Source: Clostridia bacterium (GTDB lineage: Bacteria; Bacillota; Clostridia; Christensenellales; CAG-1252). Taken from it: a DNA stretch of 64,000 nt. The notes beneath the pieces were generated by a model. The model did not search any database. It was not told where the DNA came from and saw nothing but the letters and a program-made list of their open reading frames with translations. The translations under genes were made by a program, and so were the position numbers. Of this stretch, positions 9,840 through 19,293 are shown piece after piece; position 1 is the first letter of the stretch, and each line of letters begins with the position of its first letter. The stretch spans positions 5,004 to 69,003 of the forward strand of contig JAFSWQ010000008.1 of assembly GCA_017444385.1 (NCBI GenBank), given 5' to 3'.

Positions 9840-10080
9840 AAAATCCACTGAATTTTCCGTACAGTACGTTATATCCTATATCGTACGAAACGTACGGCAT
9901 TTTTAAGCTCGCGTACCCCTCTCGACCACGTTCGCCCCCTGTTTGCGACCCTGTACGAAAAATACAAAAATAGCGTATAAATGTTACAAAATTGCCATTT
10001 TCGAGGTAAAAATCGCCCGTTTGGGACACTTTATTAAGAAATCTTAATAATTCAAAACCCCATCAAAACCATTAAAAGGG

Positions 10081-10109
10081 TTGAAAGTGGACGAAAATTG
10101 TGATATTAT
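10081..10109 (+). promoter_or_regulatory. candidate sigma-A promoter of the mraZ/dcw operon
   Basis: TTGAAA (10081-10086), 17-nt spacer, TGaTATTAT extended -10 (10101-10109), 18 nt before the mraZ ATG region. Confidence 0.5.
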
Positions 10110-10126
10110 CTAAATACAGGTGAAAT

Positions 10127-10681
10127 ATGCAAGAATTCTACTATGGAAAATACGAATATATTCTCGATGAGAAAAATCGTTTGAGACTCCCTGCCGAATT
10201 CCGTAATGCGGTCGGTCCTAACGTTGTGATCGGCGAAGGCGACGGAAAGTACCTGTTAGTGTACGGAGCAAACGATTTTAAGGAATTGCAAAGAGAGAAG
10301 TACGATAACTATCAAAAAGATCAATCCTTCGAGAACGAGATGAAATTCAAAGAGTTTTCCACCGGATTCCGCGATTTCAAAAAAGACAACCAAGAAAGAT
10401 TCCTTATTCCCTCCGAGTTGGTGGAATACGCCGAACTCAAATCCGAGGTTTACGTCGTGGGCGGCGTGGGCGGATTGGAAATATGGTCGAAAGAGAATTA
10501 CGAACATCGCTACAACCTATCCTTCGCTCACTCGAAATCCTATGAGATAGAGATGAAGAAAGTGGAAGCCGCAATCGAAATGAAAGTCGAAAGAGAATTC
10601 AGAGAGAAGATGGCTTACCAACGCGCGATGGCGAAAATGGAAGCCCTTTACGGCAAACTCGGCGAGGACGATAAAAAGTAA
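10127..10681 (+). CDS. mraZ: transcriptional regulator MraZ (with a ~40-aa charged C-terminal extension)
   Basis: Two DxxxR motifs (LDEKNRLRLP and KDNQERFLIP). First gene of the dcw cluster, directly followed by rsmH. Confidence 0.85.
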   Translation: MQEFYYGKYEYILDEKNRLRLPAEFRNAVGPNVVIGEGDGKYLLVYGANDFKELQREKYDNYQKDQSFENEMKFKEFSTGFRDFKKDNQERFLIPSELVEYAELKSEVYVVGGVGGLEIWSKENYEHRYNLSFAHSKSYEIEMKKVEAAIEMKVEREFREKMAYQRAMAKMEALYGKLGEDDKK

Positions 10682-10682
10682 A

Positions 10683-11618
10683 ATGAGCGAATTCACACAC
10701 GTACCCGTAATGCTCAACGAAGTGATCGAAGGGCTGAACGTCAAAAAAGACGGCGTATACGTCGACGCGACGGTAGGCGGCGCGGGGCACTCGCTCGAAA
10801 TAGCCAAACGCCTCGACGGCGGAAAGCTATACTGCATAGATAAAGACGAAGACGCCTTGAAAGTCGCGCGAGAAAGACTATCGGGCTACAACGTCGAATT
10901 GATACACGGCGACTTCAAAGAAGTGATACCCACTCTGCCGAAGATGGACGGGTTACTAATGGACTTGGGCGTTTCTTCCTACCAGCTCGACACGGCGGAA
11001 AGAGGATTCAGCTACCGCTTCCAAGCCGACCTCGATATGCGTATGGACGCAAGCAAGGGCGTAACGGCGAAAGAAGTCGTAAACACGTTGTCCGAAAAGG
11101 AATTGACCGAAATATTCTTCAAGTACGGCGAGGACAAGTTCTCTAAACTCATCGCGAGAGCGATCGTTAAAAGAAGAGAATCCGCCCCGATAAATACGAC
11201 TACCGAGCTTTGCGACGTTATCCTTAACGCGATCCCCGCGAAAGCGAGGTACTCGGGAAGCAACCCGTATATGCGAGTCTTCCAAGCCTTGCGGATATAC
11301 GTCAACGGCGAACTCGAAGGATTAAAGGATATAGTAATAAAAGGCGTTGAAAGGCTTAATCCTCAAGGTAGGATATGCGTAATAACCTTCCATTCGCTTG
11401 AAGACAGGGAAGTAAAGACGGCGTTTAAGTACCTCGAACAGGACTGCGTTTGTCCCCCGAATTTCCCCGTTTGCACCTGCAACAAGGTGAGCGAGTTGAA
11501 GATAATCACCAAAAAGCCCATCGTCGCCTCGGAAGAAGAGCTTCGAATAAACTCTCGCGCCGAATGCGCGAAATTGAGAATAGGCGAAAAAAAGGCACTC
11601 ATCAAAAAATATCGGTAA
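10683..11618 (+). CDS. rsmH: 16S rRNA (cytosine1402-N4)-methyltransferase
   Basis: SAM-binding VDATVGGAGHS and DLGVSSYQLD motifs. Position after mraZ. Confidence 0.95.
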   Translation: MSEFTHVPVMLNEVIEGLNVKKDGVYVDATVGGAGHSLEIAKRLDGGKLYCIDKDEDALKVARERLSGYNVELIHGDFKEVIPTLPKMDGLLMDLGVSSYQLDTAERGFSYRFQADLDMRMDASKGVTAKEVVNTLSEKELTEIFFKYGEDKFSKLIARAIVKRRESAPINTTTELCDVILNAIPAKARYSGSNPYMRVFQALRIYVNGELEGLKDIVIKGVERLNPQGRICVITFHSLEDREVKTAFKYLEQDCVCPPNFPVCTCNKVSELKIITKKPIVASEEELRINSRAECAKLRIGEKKALIKKYR

Positions 11619-11644
11619 TAATCGATAGAGGGAGGGAATAAACT

Positions 11645-12301
11645 ATGTTGGCTCAATACGTTGAAACCGAAAGGAACGAAACGACCGGGAATATCGCGGC
11701 GCAGAACGTTGCGGCGCAGAACGTTGCGGCTAATCGCAAACAGGTCGATGTAGTAAACGTCGTACGCGTCGAATGCAGGCAGTACGATACTATGGCTACG
11801 ACCACCCCCGCCCTCGTAAAAGAAAGATTGTGGAATTGCTTAACTAACGGCGTTGAATTGACCAACCGCAAAACCGGCGAAACCGTCTTCGATATCGTGG
11901 AAGAGTTGCGTTTTGAGAGAATGAAAGAGATCATCAAAACAATGCACCTCAACAACCTTAAACGTATCGAAGAGGCGAGAAACCCCGTTGAAACTCACAA
12001 GGTACTCAAACGTTCGAGAATTCCCATTCTCGCCGCGTACGCCTTAATGGTCGTCGTGATAGTGGCGGCTCTCATCGCGGTAGTCCCCGGCACCTCTTGG
12101 GAAGTGAAGAGGTCGGTCAATCTTCAAGCGAATCCGGTTATGAGCGTTTCCGCTTCCAACACGAGCGTCGCTGTCAATACCATAATGACGGAAGAAGGAC
12201 CCGTCGAAGTGGAATTGACCCCATACGCCGAAGACGAAGTCATTGAAACGAATTGGTTCGATAGGTTTTGCGACAAGGTGAGCAAAGTCTTCGGAGGTTG
12301 A
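11645..12301 (+). CDS. FtsL-like single-pass membrane protein (positional assignment)
   Basis: 218-aa ORF with RBS GAGGGAGGG. One TM helix (ILAAYALMVVVIVAALIAVVPG). Occupies the ftsL slot between rsmH and the class B PBP. No sequence-level identification. Confidence 0.5.
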   Translation: MLAQYVETERNETTGNIAAQNVAAQNVAANRKQVDVVNVVRVECRQYDTMATTTPALVKERLWNCLTNGVELTNRKTGETVFDIVEELRFERMKEIIKTMHLNNLKRIEEARNPVETHKVLKRSRIPILAAYALMVVVIVAALIAVVPGTSWEVKRSVNLQANPVMSVSASNTSVAVNTIMTEEGPVEVELTPYAEDEVIETNWFDRFCDKVSKVFGG

Positions 12302-12302
12302 A

Positions 12303-14198
12303 ATGGTTTCTAAAAGCGAATTCATTAAAAGGTTATCGGTATTAAGCATACTGATAACCTTTCTTTTTACCGCGGTAGTCGGTAAACTTTTTTACGTTCA
12401 AATAGTAGAGGGGAAGGATCTTCAAGCGAAAGCCCTCGACCAATGGACGAGGGATATCCCTTACGTCGCCGAAAGAGGAAAGATCGTCGACCGAAACGGC
12501 GTAGTCCTTGCCGCGACGAGTACGACGTACACTTGCTACGTTCGCCCGACCAACCTTAAAAACGCGGAACAAACGGCGAGGGCGATAGCGGAAGCCACCG
12601 CGATAGACTACGAAAAAATCCTTGAAAAGATATCCAAAAAAGGCGCTAGTGAGATAACGGTCGCAAAGAAGATGACGAAAGAACAGGTGAATTACGTCCT
12701 AAATAGCGGCGCGACGGGGGTGTATTTTTCAAAGGACGTATCGAGATATTATCCGTACGGCGACCTCGCGTCGCAAGTAATCGGCTTTACCAATATCGAC
12801 GCGTCCGGGCAGAGCGGGTTAGAACTGTATTACGACAATCTATTGAAAGGGGTGAACGGCTCGGCGCTTACCGAAACCGACATAGTGGGGCGGGAATTGA
12901 ACGAAGCGATATACTATTTGCCCGCAATAGACGGCGCGCAAATTACGACCACCCTCGACAAGAGCATACAGTATTTTGCGGAAAGCGCGGTGGAAGCTGC
13001 CGTAAACGCTCACCAAGCCAAATCGGCGTCCTGTATCGTTATGGATATCACCTCGGGCGGCGTCGCGGCTATGGCGCAATACCCTTCTATTGACCTCAAT
13101 AATATCGACCGCTCTAACCTCGACGAACTATTCGCCGAGAGCAAATTGTGTTCGGTCTGCAACGTGTACGAAACGGGCTCGGTATTCAAAATTATTACGA
13201 TGGCGGCGGCGATAGAAGAGGGCTTGGTTAGCGAAAACGAAACCTTTCAATGCGGTGGTTCGCGGACGATAGACGGTCAAAAGATAAAGTGCTGGAAGAC
13301 CAAGGGGCACGGGCTGCAAACCTTTGCGGAAGGGGTGATGAACAGTTGTAACTGCGTGTTTATGGATCTCGCCCTAAGGCTCGGCAAAGAAAAGTTATAT
13401 AGTTACTACGAAAAATTCAACCTTACCGAAAAGACAGGGTTAGACTTCGCCGGGGAAAGCAAGGGGCTTTTGATCCCCATTGAAAACGTGAAAACGGTGG
13501 ACTTGGCGAGAATGGGTTTCGGTCAAGCGATAGCCGTTACCCCAATCGAACTCGCTTCGGCGGTGTCCGCGATAGTGGGCGGGGGAATATATAAAAAAGC
13601 GCATATTCTCTCGGCGGCGTACGACCCTTCGGGACGCGAGGTGTATTCTAATCAAGAGGAATCCCGCCGAGTAGTGAGCGAGCAAACTTCCTCGTTAGTA
13701 AGGAAACTGCTCTTCGGCGTGGTGGACGGGGGTAGCGGTAAACTCGCGGGAGTGGACGGCTATCACGTGGGCGGCAAGACGGGAACCGCGCAAAAATACC
13801 TTAACGGTAGCATAAACAGAGGGCATTATCTATCCTCGTTCATAGGGTTTACGACGGTGGAAGATCCCAAATACGTCGTGTATTTTTACGTCGACGAACC
13901 CGAAGGGATTTACTACGGCTCGCAAGTAGCCGCGCCTTACGTCGGAGAAATATTCTCGAAGATCCTCTCGTACGAAAAAGTCGAGAAAGCCGAGGTCGAA
14001 GAGCGTACGCCCTTTATTATGCCCGACTTCTACGGCTGGGACTACTTCGACGTCAAGAAAAAAGCCGAGGAACTCGGAATATACCTCGAAGCCGAGGGGG
14101 AGGGGGACGTGGTTATCGAACAATTCCCGCCCGCCAACGCCTCTTGCGACGAAAAATGCGTGCTTTTCATCAAAACCGAAGAGGCGAAAAATAACTAA
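12303..14198 (+). CDS. class B penicillin-binding protein (FtsI/SpoVD/PBP2B family) with a C-terminal PASTA domain
   Basis: N-terminal TM helix. SxxK (GSVFK), SxN (SCN) and KTG (GGKTGTA) motifs. PASTA-like C-terminus (FIMPDFYGWDYFDVKKKAEELGI). Confidence 0.9.
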   Translation: MVSKSEFIKRLSVLSILITFLFTAVVGKLFYVQIVEGKDLQAKALDQWTRDIPYVAERGKIVDRNGVVLAATSTTYTCYVRPTNLKNAEQTARAIAEATAIDYEKILEKISKKGASEITVAKKMTKEQVNYVLNSGATGVYFSKDVSRYYPYGDLASQVIGFTNIDASGQSGLELYYDNLLKGVNGSALTETDIVGRELNEAIYYLPAIDGAQITTTLDKSIQYFAESAVEAAVNAHQAKSASCIVMDITSGGVAAMAQYPSIDLNNIDRSNLDELFAESKLCSVCNVYETGSVFKIITMAAAIEEGLVSENETFQCGGSRTIDGQKIKCWKTKGHGLQTFAEGVMNSCNCVFMDLALRLGKEKLYSYYEKFNLTEKTGLDFAGESKGLLIPIENVKTVDLARMGFGQAIAVTPIELASAVSAIVGGGIYKKAHILSAAYDPSGREVYSNQEESRRVVSEQTSSLVRKLLFGVVDGGSGKLAGVDGYHVGGKTGTAQKYLNGSINRGHYLSSFIGFTTVEDPKYVVYFYVDEPEGIYYGSQVAAPYVGEIFSKILSYEKVEKAEVEERTPFIMPDFYGWDYFDVKKKAEELGIYLEAEGEGDVVIEQFPPANASCDEKCVLFIKTEEAKNN

Positions 14199-14284
14199 TA
14201 ATAGGTAATAACCGCTATTTTCGCCTCGTTAAACTCGAAAGAGAAAAACCGTGCTATGATACGAAAAAATCATAGGAGGTTTTT

Positions 14285-15703
14285 ATGAAACTTTCAAATA
14301 TAAGTAAGGCGGTAAACGGGAAACTTTTCGGCGACGACCTCGAAATAGCGGGGTTAAGCATAGACAGTCGGCTACCGCAAAAGGATAAAATCTTTATATG
14401 TTTTCAAGGAAAGCGAACGAACTCGCAAAAATTCGTACTCGACGCGAAGGCGAACGGCGCAACGGCTATAATCACCGAGAATAAACTCTCCGTCGATATA
14501 CCTCAAATAGTGGTAGGGGACGCGCGAAAAGCGTATTCTCTCGCCGCCGCCGAGTATTACGGATATCCGCAAAAGGATATGAAAATAGTGGCGGTTACGG
14601 GTACGAACGGCAAGACCACGACCGCCTATCTTCTTAAAAAAGTCTTCGACGAGGACGGCAAGAAAGCAGCGTATATAGGCACGCTCTTCGCGGATTACGA
14701 CGGCAAACGCGAAGAAACCTCTTTGACTACACCCGACCCCGACGTGCTTTTCGAGTTGCTCTCTAAAATGAAGCAAGCCAAAGTCGAATACGTCTTCTTG
14801 GAAGCTTCGGCTCACGCGTTGTATCTCAAAAAGCTCGAAAGCATCGTTTTCGACGCCGCCGTACTAACCAACGTCACGCGCGACCACCTCGACTTTTTCG
14901 GGGATATGGAAACCTACGCGGACGCTAAAAAATCTCTATTCACCCAGGAAAGAACCAAACTCGGCATAATCAACGCGGACGATAGGGTGGGGCTTGAAAT
15001 ATTGAAACACGCCGAGATACCCTGCGTTTCTTACGGCTTATTAAATCCCGCCGACGTATTCGCACTCGACGTGGTACACGATCACGGGCTTACCTTTACC
15101 GTCAATATGTGCGACGTTGTGTTTACGATAAGCACCGTGCTTTACGGAAGTTATAACGTGGAAAACGTGCTTGCCGTTTGTACGGTGGCGGGTTATTTCG
15201 GCGTAAAGCCGTCTTCTATTGCCGCCGCGCTCAAAAACGCCGACGTCCCCGGTAGGTTCAACGTTTACGAGAATAAAGGCGTTAAGGCGGTGATAGATTA
15301 CGCGCATACCGCCGACGGCTTGAAAAAGCTACTATTATCCGCTTTGGACATGACGAAAAACCGACTTATTACCGTATTCGGTTGCGGTGGCGAAAGAGAT
15401 AAAGGCAAACGCGCGGCGATGGGGCGAATTGCCGAGAAGTATAGCGATTACGTATTCATAACCAACGATAATCCACGCTCGGAAAACCAATACGAAATAG
15501 CCGCGGCGATAGAGGCGGGAATGCTCGAAGATCGAAAAAAGATCGTATTAGACCGAGAGGAAGCCATAAAGCAAGCGGTGGAAATGGCTGTTGAGGGCGA
15601 CGTGATAGTTATCGCGGGGAAGGGATCCGAGCAATATATGGAAATCGCGGGCGAGAAGATACCCTTTCAAGACGAAGCGGTGCTTAAAAAGTACTTCTTA
15701 TGA
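14285..15703 (+). CDS. murE: UDP-N-acetylmuramoyl-L-alanyl-D-glutamate--2,6-diaminopimelate ligase
   Basis: Mur ligase P-loop GTNGKTTT. A DNPR motif (TNDNPRSE), typical of meso-DAP-adding MurE. Confidence 0.9.
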   Translation: MKLSNISKAVNGKLFGDDLEIAGLSIDSRLPQKDKIFICFQGKRTNSQKFVLDAKANGATAIITENKLSVDIPQIVVGDARKAYSLAAAEYYGYPQKDMKIVAVTGTNGKTTTAYLLKKVFDEDGKKAAYIGTLFADYDGKREETSLTTPDPDVLFELLSKMKQAKVEYVFLEASAHALYLKKLESIVFDAAVLTNVTRDHLDFFGDMETYADAKKSLFTQERTKLGIINADDRVGLEILKHAEIPCVSYGLLNPADVFALDVVHDHGLTFTVNMCDVVFTISTVLYGSYNVENVLAVCTVAGYFGVKPSSIAAALKNADVPGRFNVYENKGVKAVIDYAHTADGLKKLLLSALDMTKNRLITVFGCGGERDKGKRAAMGRIAEKYSDYVFITNDNPRSENQYEIAAAIEAGMLEDRKKIVLDREEAIKQAVEMAVEGDVIVIAGKGSEQYMEIAGEKIPFQDEAVLKKYFL

Positions 15704-16674
15704 GCTACGTTTTTCTTTTAGGGGCGGTTACGACCTTCGCTCTTACGGTGACCTTAATGCCTTTGGTCGTGCATTTCGCTTCGAAAAAAGCCGATCAACC
15801 CATTCTCGAATACGTCGATCAGCATAAGGGCAAATCGGGGACGCCTACGATGGGCGGAATAGGGTTTATTATCCCCGCCGTAGCGGTCACGTTGATATTA
15901 TCACGAAACGGTCTATCATCGGGTAGAGTAGCCGCTCTTACCACGCTCGCCTACGCTATTTTAGGTTTCCTCGACGACTTTTTGAAAGTCAAAAGAAAGG
16001 ATAACGGCGGGTTGTTGCCGTGGCAAAAGATAGTAGGGCAAACACTTGTCGCCGCGATTATGGGTTGGTATTGTTATCGCGTAGGTTTGACAACCCTTCG
16101 ATTTCCTTTTACGTCCGTAACGGTTGACGTCGGCTTATGGATAATTCCCATAGTATCCTTCGTATTTATCGCCATGAGTAACGGCGTAAACCTAACGGAC
16201 GGGTTGGATTGCTTGGCGACCTCTACCGTCGCGGTTTATTCCCTCGTCTTTTCGGTCATTTTGATCGCGTTGAACGCTTATGGAAAAGCCGACTTCGATC
16301 TCGCGTTATTCTCGACGTGTATCCTTTTCGCTCTTATCGGATTTGCGATATTCAACTCGTCGCCGGCAAAGATATTTATGGGGGATACCGGCTCGCTTGC
16401 TCTTGGGGGCGCGGCTGCGGCAATGGGGGTATTCTCGGAAAATATAATAATTTCGGGGATATTAGGCATAACTTTCGTACTCTCCTGCATATCCGTAATT
16501 ATACAGGTCGGCGTTTTCAAACTGCGAAAACGAAGAGTGTTCCTTATGGCGCCTTTCCATCATCATCTTGAAAAGAAGGGTTGGAGCGAACCTCGCATCG
16601 TCGCGTTGTACGTCGCTATGACGGCGATTTGCGGGATTGCTTGCGTCACGGGTACTCTCGGATTTCAAATATAG
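15700..16674 (+). CDS. mraY: phospho-N-acetylmuramoyl-pentapeptide transferase
   Basis: Polytopic membrane protein with NGVNLTDGLDCLA and MGDTGSLALGG motifs. Start overlaps the murE stop. Confidence 0.95.
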   Translation: MSYVFLLGAVTTFALTVTLMPLVVHFASKKADQPILEYVDQHKGKSGTPTMGGIGFIIPAVAVTLILSRNGLSSGRVAALTTLAYAILGFLDDFLKVKRKDNGGLLPWQKIVGQTLVAAIMGWYCYRVGLTTLRFPFTSVTVDVGLWIIPIVSFVFIAMSNGVNLTDGLDCLATSTVAVYSLVFSVILIALNAYGKADFDLALFSTCILFALIGFAIFNSSPAKIFMGDTGSLALGGAAAAMGVFSENIIISGILGITFVLSCISVIIQVGVFKLRKRRVFLMAPFHHHLEKKGWSEPRIVALYVAMTAICGIACVTGTLGFQI

Positions 16675-16681
16675 AGGTGTT

Positions 16682-17908
16682 ATGAGATTAACGGGTAAAA
16701 GGATATTGGTTTGCGGAAACGGTTTGAGCGGTCAAGCCGTTTTTTCAAAAGTAAAAGAGTTAGGCGGCGAGCCTTCGTTTTATACGGGCGGGGATTTTAA
16801 GCGAGAGGAATACGACTTCGCGGTAGTCAGCCCGAGCATATCGAAGAAAGGGGAATTGTATTTTAAGTTTAATTCGTTGGGGCTACCCGCGTATTCGGAA
16901 ATCGACTTCGCGTATTTAATAGAGCCGAGAACTATTATCGCGGTAACGGGGACTAACGGCAAGACCACGACAGTGAGGCTTGTCGAGGGAATGCTTCGAG
17001 AGAGCGGCGTGGACGCGGTTGCGGCGGGTAATATCGGGATACCTCTCACCGCCTCGCGTAAAGCGGGAGTCACGGTGTGCGAAGTCAGTTCGTTTATGCT
17101 CGAACAGTCCTCGTTTTTTCGCGCCGATTATTCGGCGATAACAAATATACGCCCCGACCATCTCGACAGGCACGGGACTTTCGGCGAGTACGACCGATTA
17201 AAGCGAAAATTATTCGCGTTGACTCTTCTCGGCGTTGCTATCCCGAAAGAAAACGACTATACGATAAAGGAAGGTTTGAAACGTGTTACGTATTCAAGAG
17301 AAGAGCGCGCCGACGTTTACGTATCAAACGTCGGGATATACTATAAAAACGAACGGATTATAGACCTTGAGGACGTGAGGATTAAAGGCGTAAGGAACCA
17401 AGAAAATATCTTGGTCGCGCTATCCCTTTGTATCGCATATCGCGGGTACGATGATCGTTACGCCCGTTTTTTAAGAAGTTACGAGGGCGAGCCTTACCGG
17501 ATGGCGTATCGGGGGCGAATAAAAGGAAAGGAAGTTTACAACGACAGCAAAGGGACTAACGTTGCGGCGACAATCGCTGCGATAAACGAATTAAAAAGTA
17601 GCGTCGCGCTTTTGCTCGGCGGTTACGGCAAAAGGGAAGATTACGGCGAATTGTTAGACGAGATGGGATTTGGAAAAGTTTTTTATTGTATCTTCGGCAA
17701 AAATAAAAACGAGATAGCCGAAGAGTGCGAGAAGAGAAAGGTTGGTTATAAGGTTTTTGAGAGCATAGAAAGCGCGCTCGATTACGCGTTTTCCCTTCGA
17801 GTAGATAATATCCTCTTTTCGCCCACGACTTCGAGTTTCGACGAGTTTTCCTCTTACGAAGAGAGAGGGAAGTATTTCGACGAATTGCTTGAAAAGTATA
17901 AATTATGA
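16682..17908 (+). CDS. murD: UDP-N-acetylmuramoylalanine--D-glutamate ligase
   Basis: ORF 16637..17908. The likely start is ATG 16682, after AGAGGTG and past the mraY stop. Rossmann motif VCGNGLSGQA; P-loop GTNGKTTT. Confidence 0.9.
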   Translation: MRLTGKRILVCGNGLSGQAVFSKVKELGGEPSFYTGGDFKREEYDFAVVSPSISKKGELYFKFNSLGLPAYSEIDFAYLIEPRTIIAVTGTNGKTTTVRLVEGMLRESGVDAVAAGNIGIPLTASRKAGVTVCEVSSFMLEQSSFFRADYSAITNIRPDHLDRHGTFGEYDRLKRKLFALTLLGVAIPKENDYTIKEGLKRVTYSREERADVYVSNVGIYYKNERIIDLEDVRIKGVRNQENILVALSLCIAYRGYDDRYARFLRSYEGEPYRMAYRGRIKGKEVYNDSKGTNVAATIAAINELKSSVALLLGGYGKREDYGELLDEMGFGKVFYCIFGKNKNEIAEECEKRKVGYKVFESIESALDYAFSLRVDNILFSPTTSSFDEFSSYEERGKYFDELLEKYKL

Positions 17909-19038
17909 AAGCGTTATCCGTCCCTATAATAAGCAAGAGAAAGGGGCTAACGCGACCCGATAAACTTTCTATAACTCTCGCGTTACTCGTTGCCGCCCTT
18001 TGCGCGTTTTCTCTATTCGTCCTATACAGCGCGAGTTTTTACGCTGCCGAAAAGAACTTCGGCGACGGGCTTTACTATCTTAAAAAACAAGCGTTGGCTA
18101 TGGGGTTAGGGGTAATTACGGCGGTGGTTTTGTCATTCATAAACGCCGAAAAACTCAAAAAAGCGGCTATCCCTTTGCTCGTGGTTTCCTTCGTCCTATT
18201 GGGAATAATCTTTATCCCCGCTTTGGGCGTGGAAAGTTACGGCGCGCGAAGATGGCTGAATTTGGGCTTTATCACCATGCAGCCTTCCGAGGTGAGTAAA
18301 TTCGGGCTGGTTTTCTTCTCGGCGTTCATTATAGATAAGTACAAGACGGACACTCTAAAAGGCGGGTTGCCCATATTGCTCGTAGGAATTGCGATGTGCG
18401 TTTTGTTGCTATTAGAACCCAATATGTCGGTAACCGTCCTCACCGCGACTTTGATGATGGCTATGCTTTTCGCAGGGGGCGTAAAGACGAGGAAATTCGC
18501 ATATATTTTACTACCCTTAATCGCCGGCGCGGTGCTTTTGATTTTGCTCGAACCGTATAGACTTCAAAGGCTTACCGCGTTTATCGATCCGTGGGCGTCA
18601 CCGAAAGGGGAAGGCTATCAACTCATACAGTCCTATTACGCGTTAGGCTCGGGCGGTTGGTTTGGTACGGGTTACTTGAAAGGGCGACAAAAGTATATGT
18701 TTTTACCCTTTGCCGAGTCGGATTTTATCTTTGCGATAGTGGGTGAAGAATTCGGGTTTGTAGGCGCGATATTATTGATAGCGGTTTATATGGCGATAGC
18801 TATTACGGGGTATAAGATAGCCGCGAGGGCGCAAACGCGGTTTCAAGCGGTCTTGGCTTACGGGATATCCTCGGTGATAGTATTGCAAACGCTTATAAAC
18901 GTCGCGGTGGTTTCGGGCAGTATTCCGCCTACCGGGATTCCACTGCCGTTTATGAGTTACGGCGGTAGCTCGCTTGTTTGCTTCCTCTCGTCGATAGGCA
19001 TCCTCGAAAGCGTCGCAAGGAACGGTAGAGCGTTTTGA
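17905..19038 (+). CDS. ftsW: SEDS-family peptidoglycan glycosyltransferase FtsW/SpoVE
   Basis: 10-TM-type protein with a FAESDFIFAIVGEEFGF motif. Follows murD. Confidence 0.9.
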   Translation: MKALSVPIISKRKGLTRPDKLSITLALLVAALCAFSLFVLYSASFYAAEKNFGDGLYYLKKQALAMGLGVITAVVLSFINAEKLKKAAIPLLVVSFVLLGIIFIPALGVESYGARRWLNLGFITMQPSEVSKFGLVFFSAFIIDKYKTDTLKGGLPILLVGIAMCVLLLLEPNMSVTVLTATLMMAMLFAGGVKTRKFAYILLPLIAGAVLLILLEPYRLQRLTAFIDPWASPKGEGYQLIQSYYALGSGGWFGTGYLKGRQKYMFLPFAESDFIFAIVGEEFGFVGAILLIAVYMAIAITGYKIAARAQTRFQAVLAYGISSVIVLQTLINVAVVSGSIPPTGIPLPFMSYGGSSLVCFLSSIGILESVARNGRAF

Positions 19039-19097
19039 TATGGGTGAAATTAAAAACAAAGAAAGCTTTATGTAGAAAAATATAAGTAGTCTAAATC

Positions 19098-19193
19098 GGT
19101 AGAGACGTTTCGACAGGCTCAACTCGTCACGACTTTCGCTTTTTATTCGTTGAGAAAAATTCTCAACTTCATTTTTGCTCGGTCGTTCCTCTT
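19098..19193 (-). repeat. T2 module, partial
   Basis: GGTAGAGACGTTTCGACAGGCTCAACTCGTCACGACTTTCGC...GTTGAGAAAAATTCTCAAC...GCTCGGTCGTTCCTCTT. Matches the first ~95 nt of the full T2 copy at 27323-27462. Confidence 0.85.
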
Positions 19194-19293
19194 GCGAAGT
19201 AAGTTATTATACGAGCTTCAGCGAGTAAGATAATTTGTAAAGTCAAGTGATCAATTTTAGCCATACTAGACCTTTCTATACTATTTTCTTTAT

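Noticed and set aside
9560-9850. AT-rich tract plus DnaA boxes interpreted as the chromosomal origin (oriC).
   Set aside because: No dnaA, dnaN, rpmH or gidA-type neighbours are present, and only two genes upstream are on the opposite strand. The box number is modest. I kept it as a secondary DnaA-box cluster. A GC-skew analysis of the full contig, which I cannot run here, would be decisive.
9607-9906. 99-aa ORF in the mraZ upstream region.
   Set aside because: It has an AT-rich, Phe/Ile-rich spurious composition and a TTG-type start without an RBS. It spans the DnaA-box cluster and the hairpin, so a non-coding regulatory region is the better explanation.
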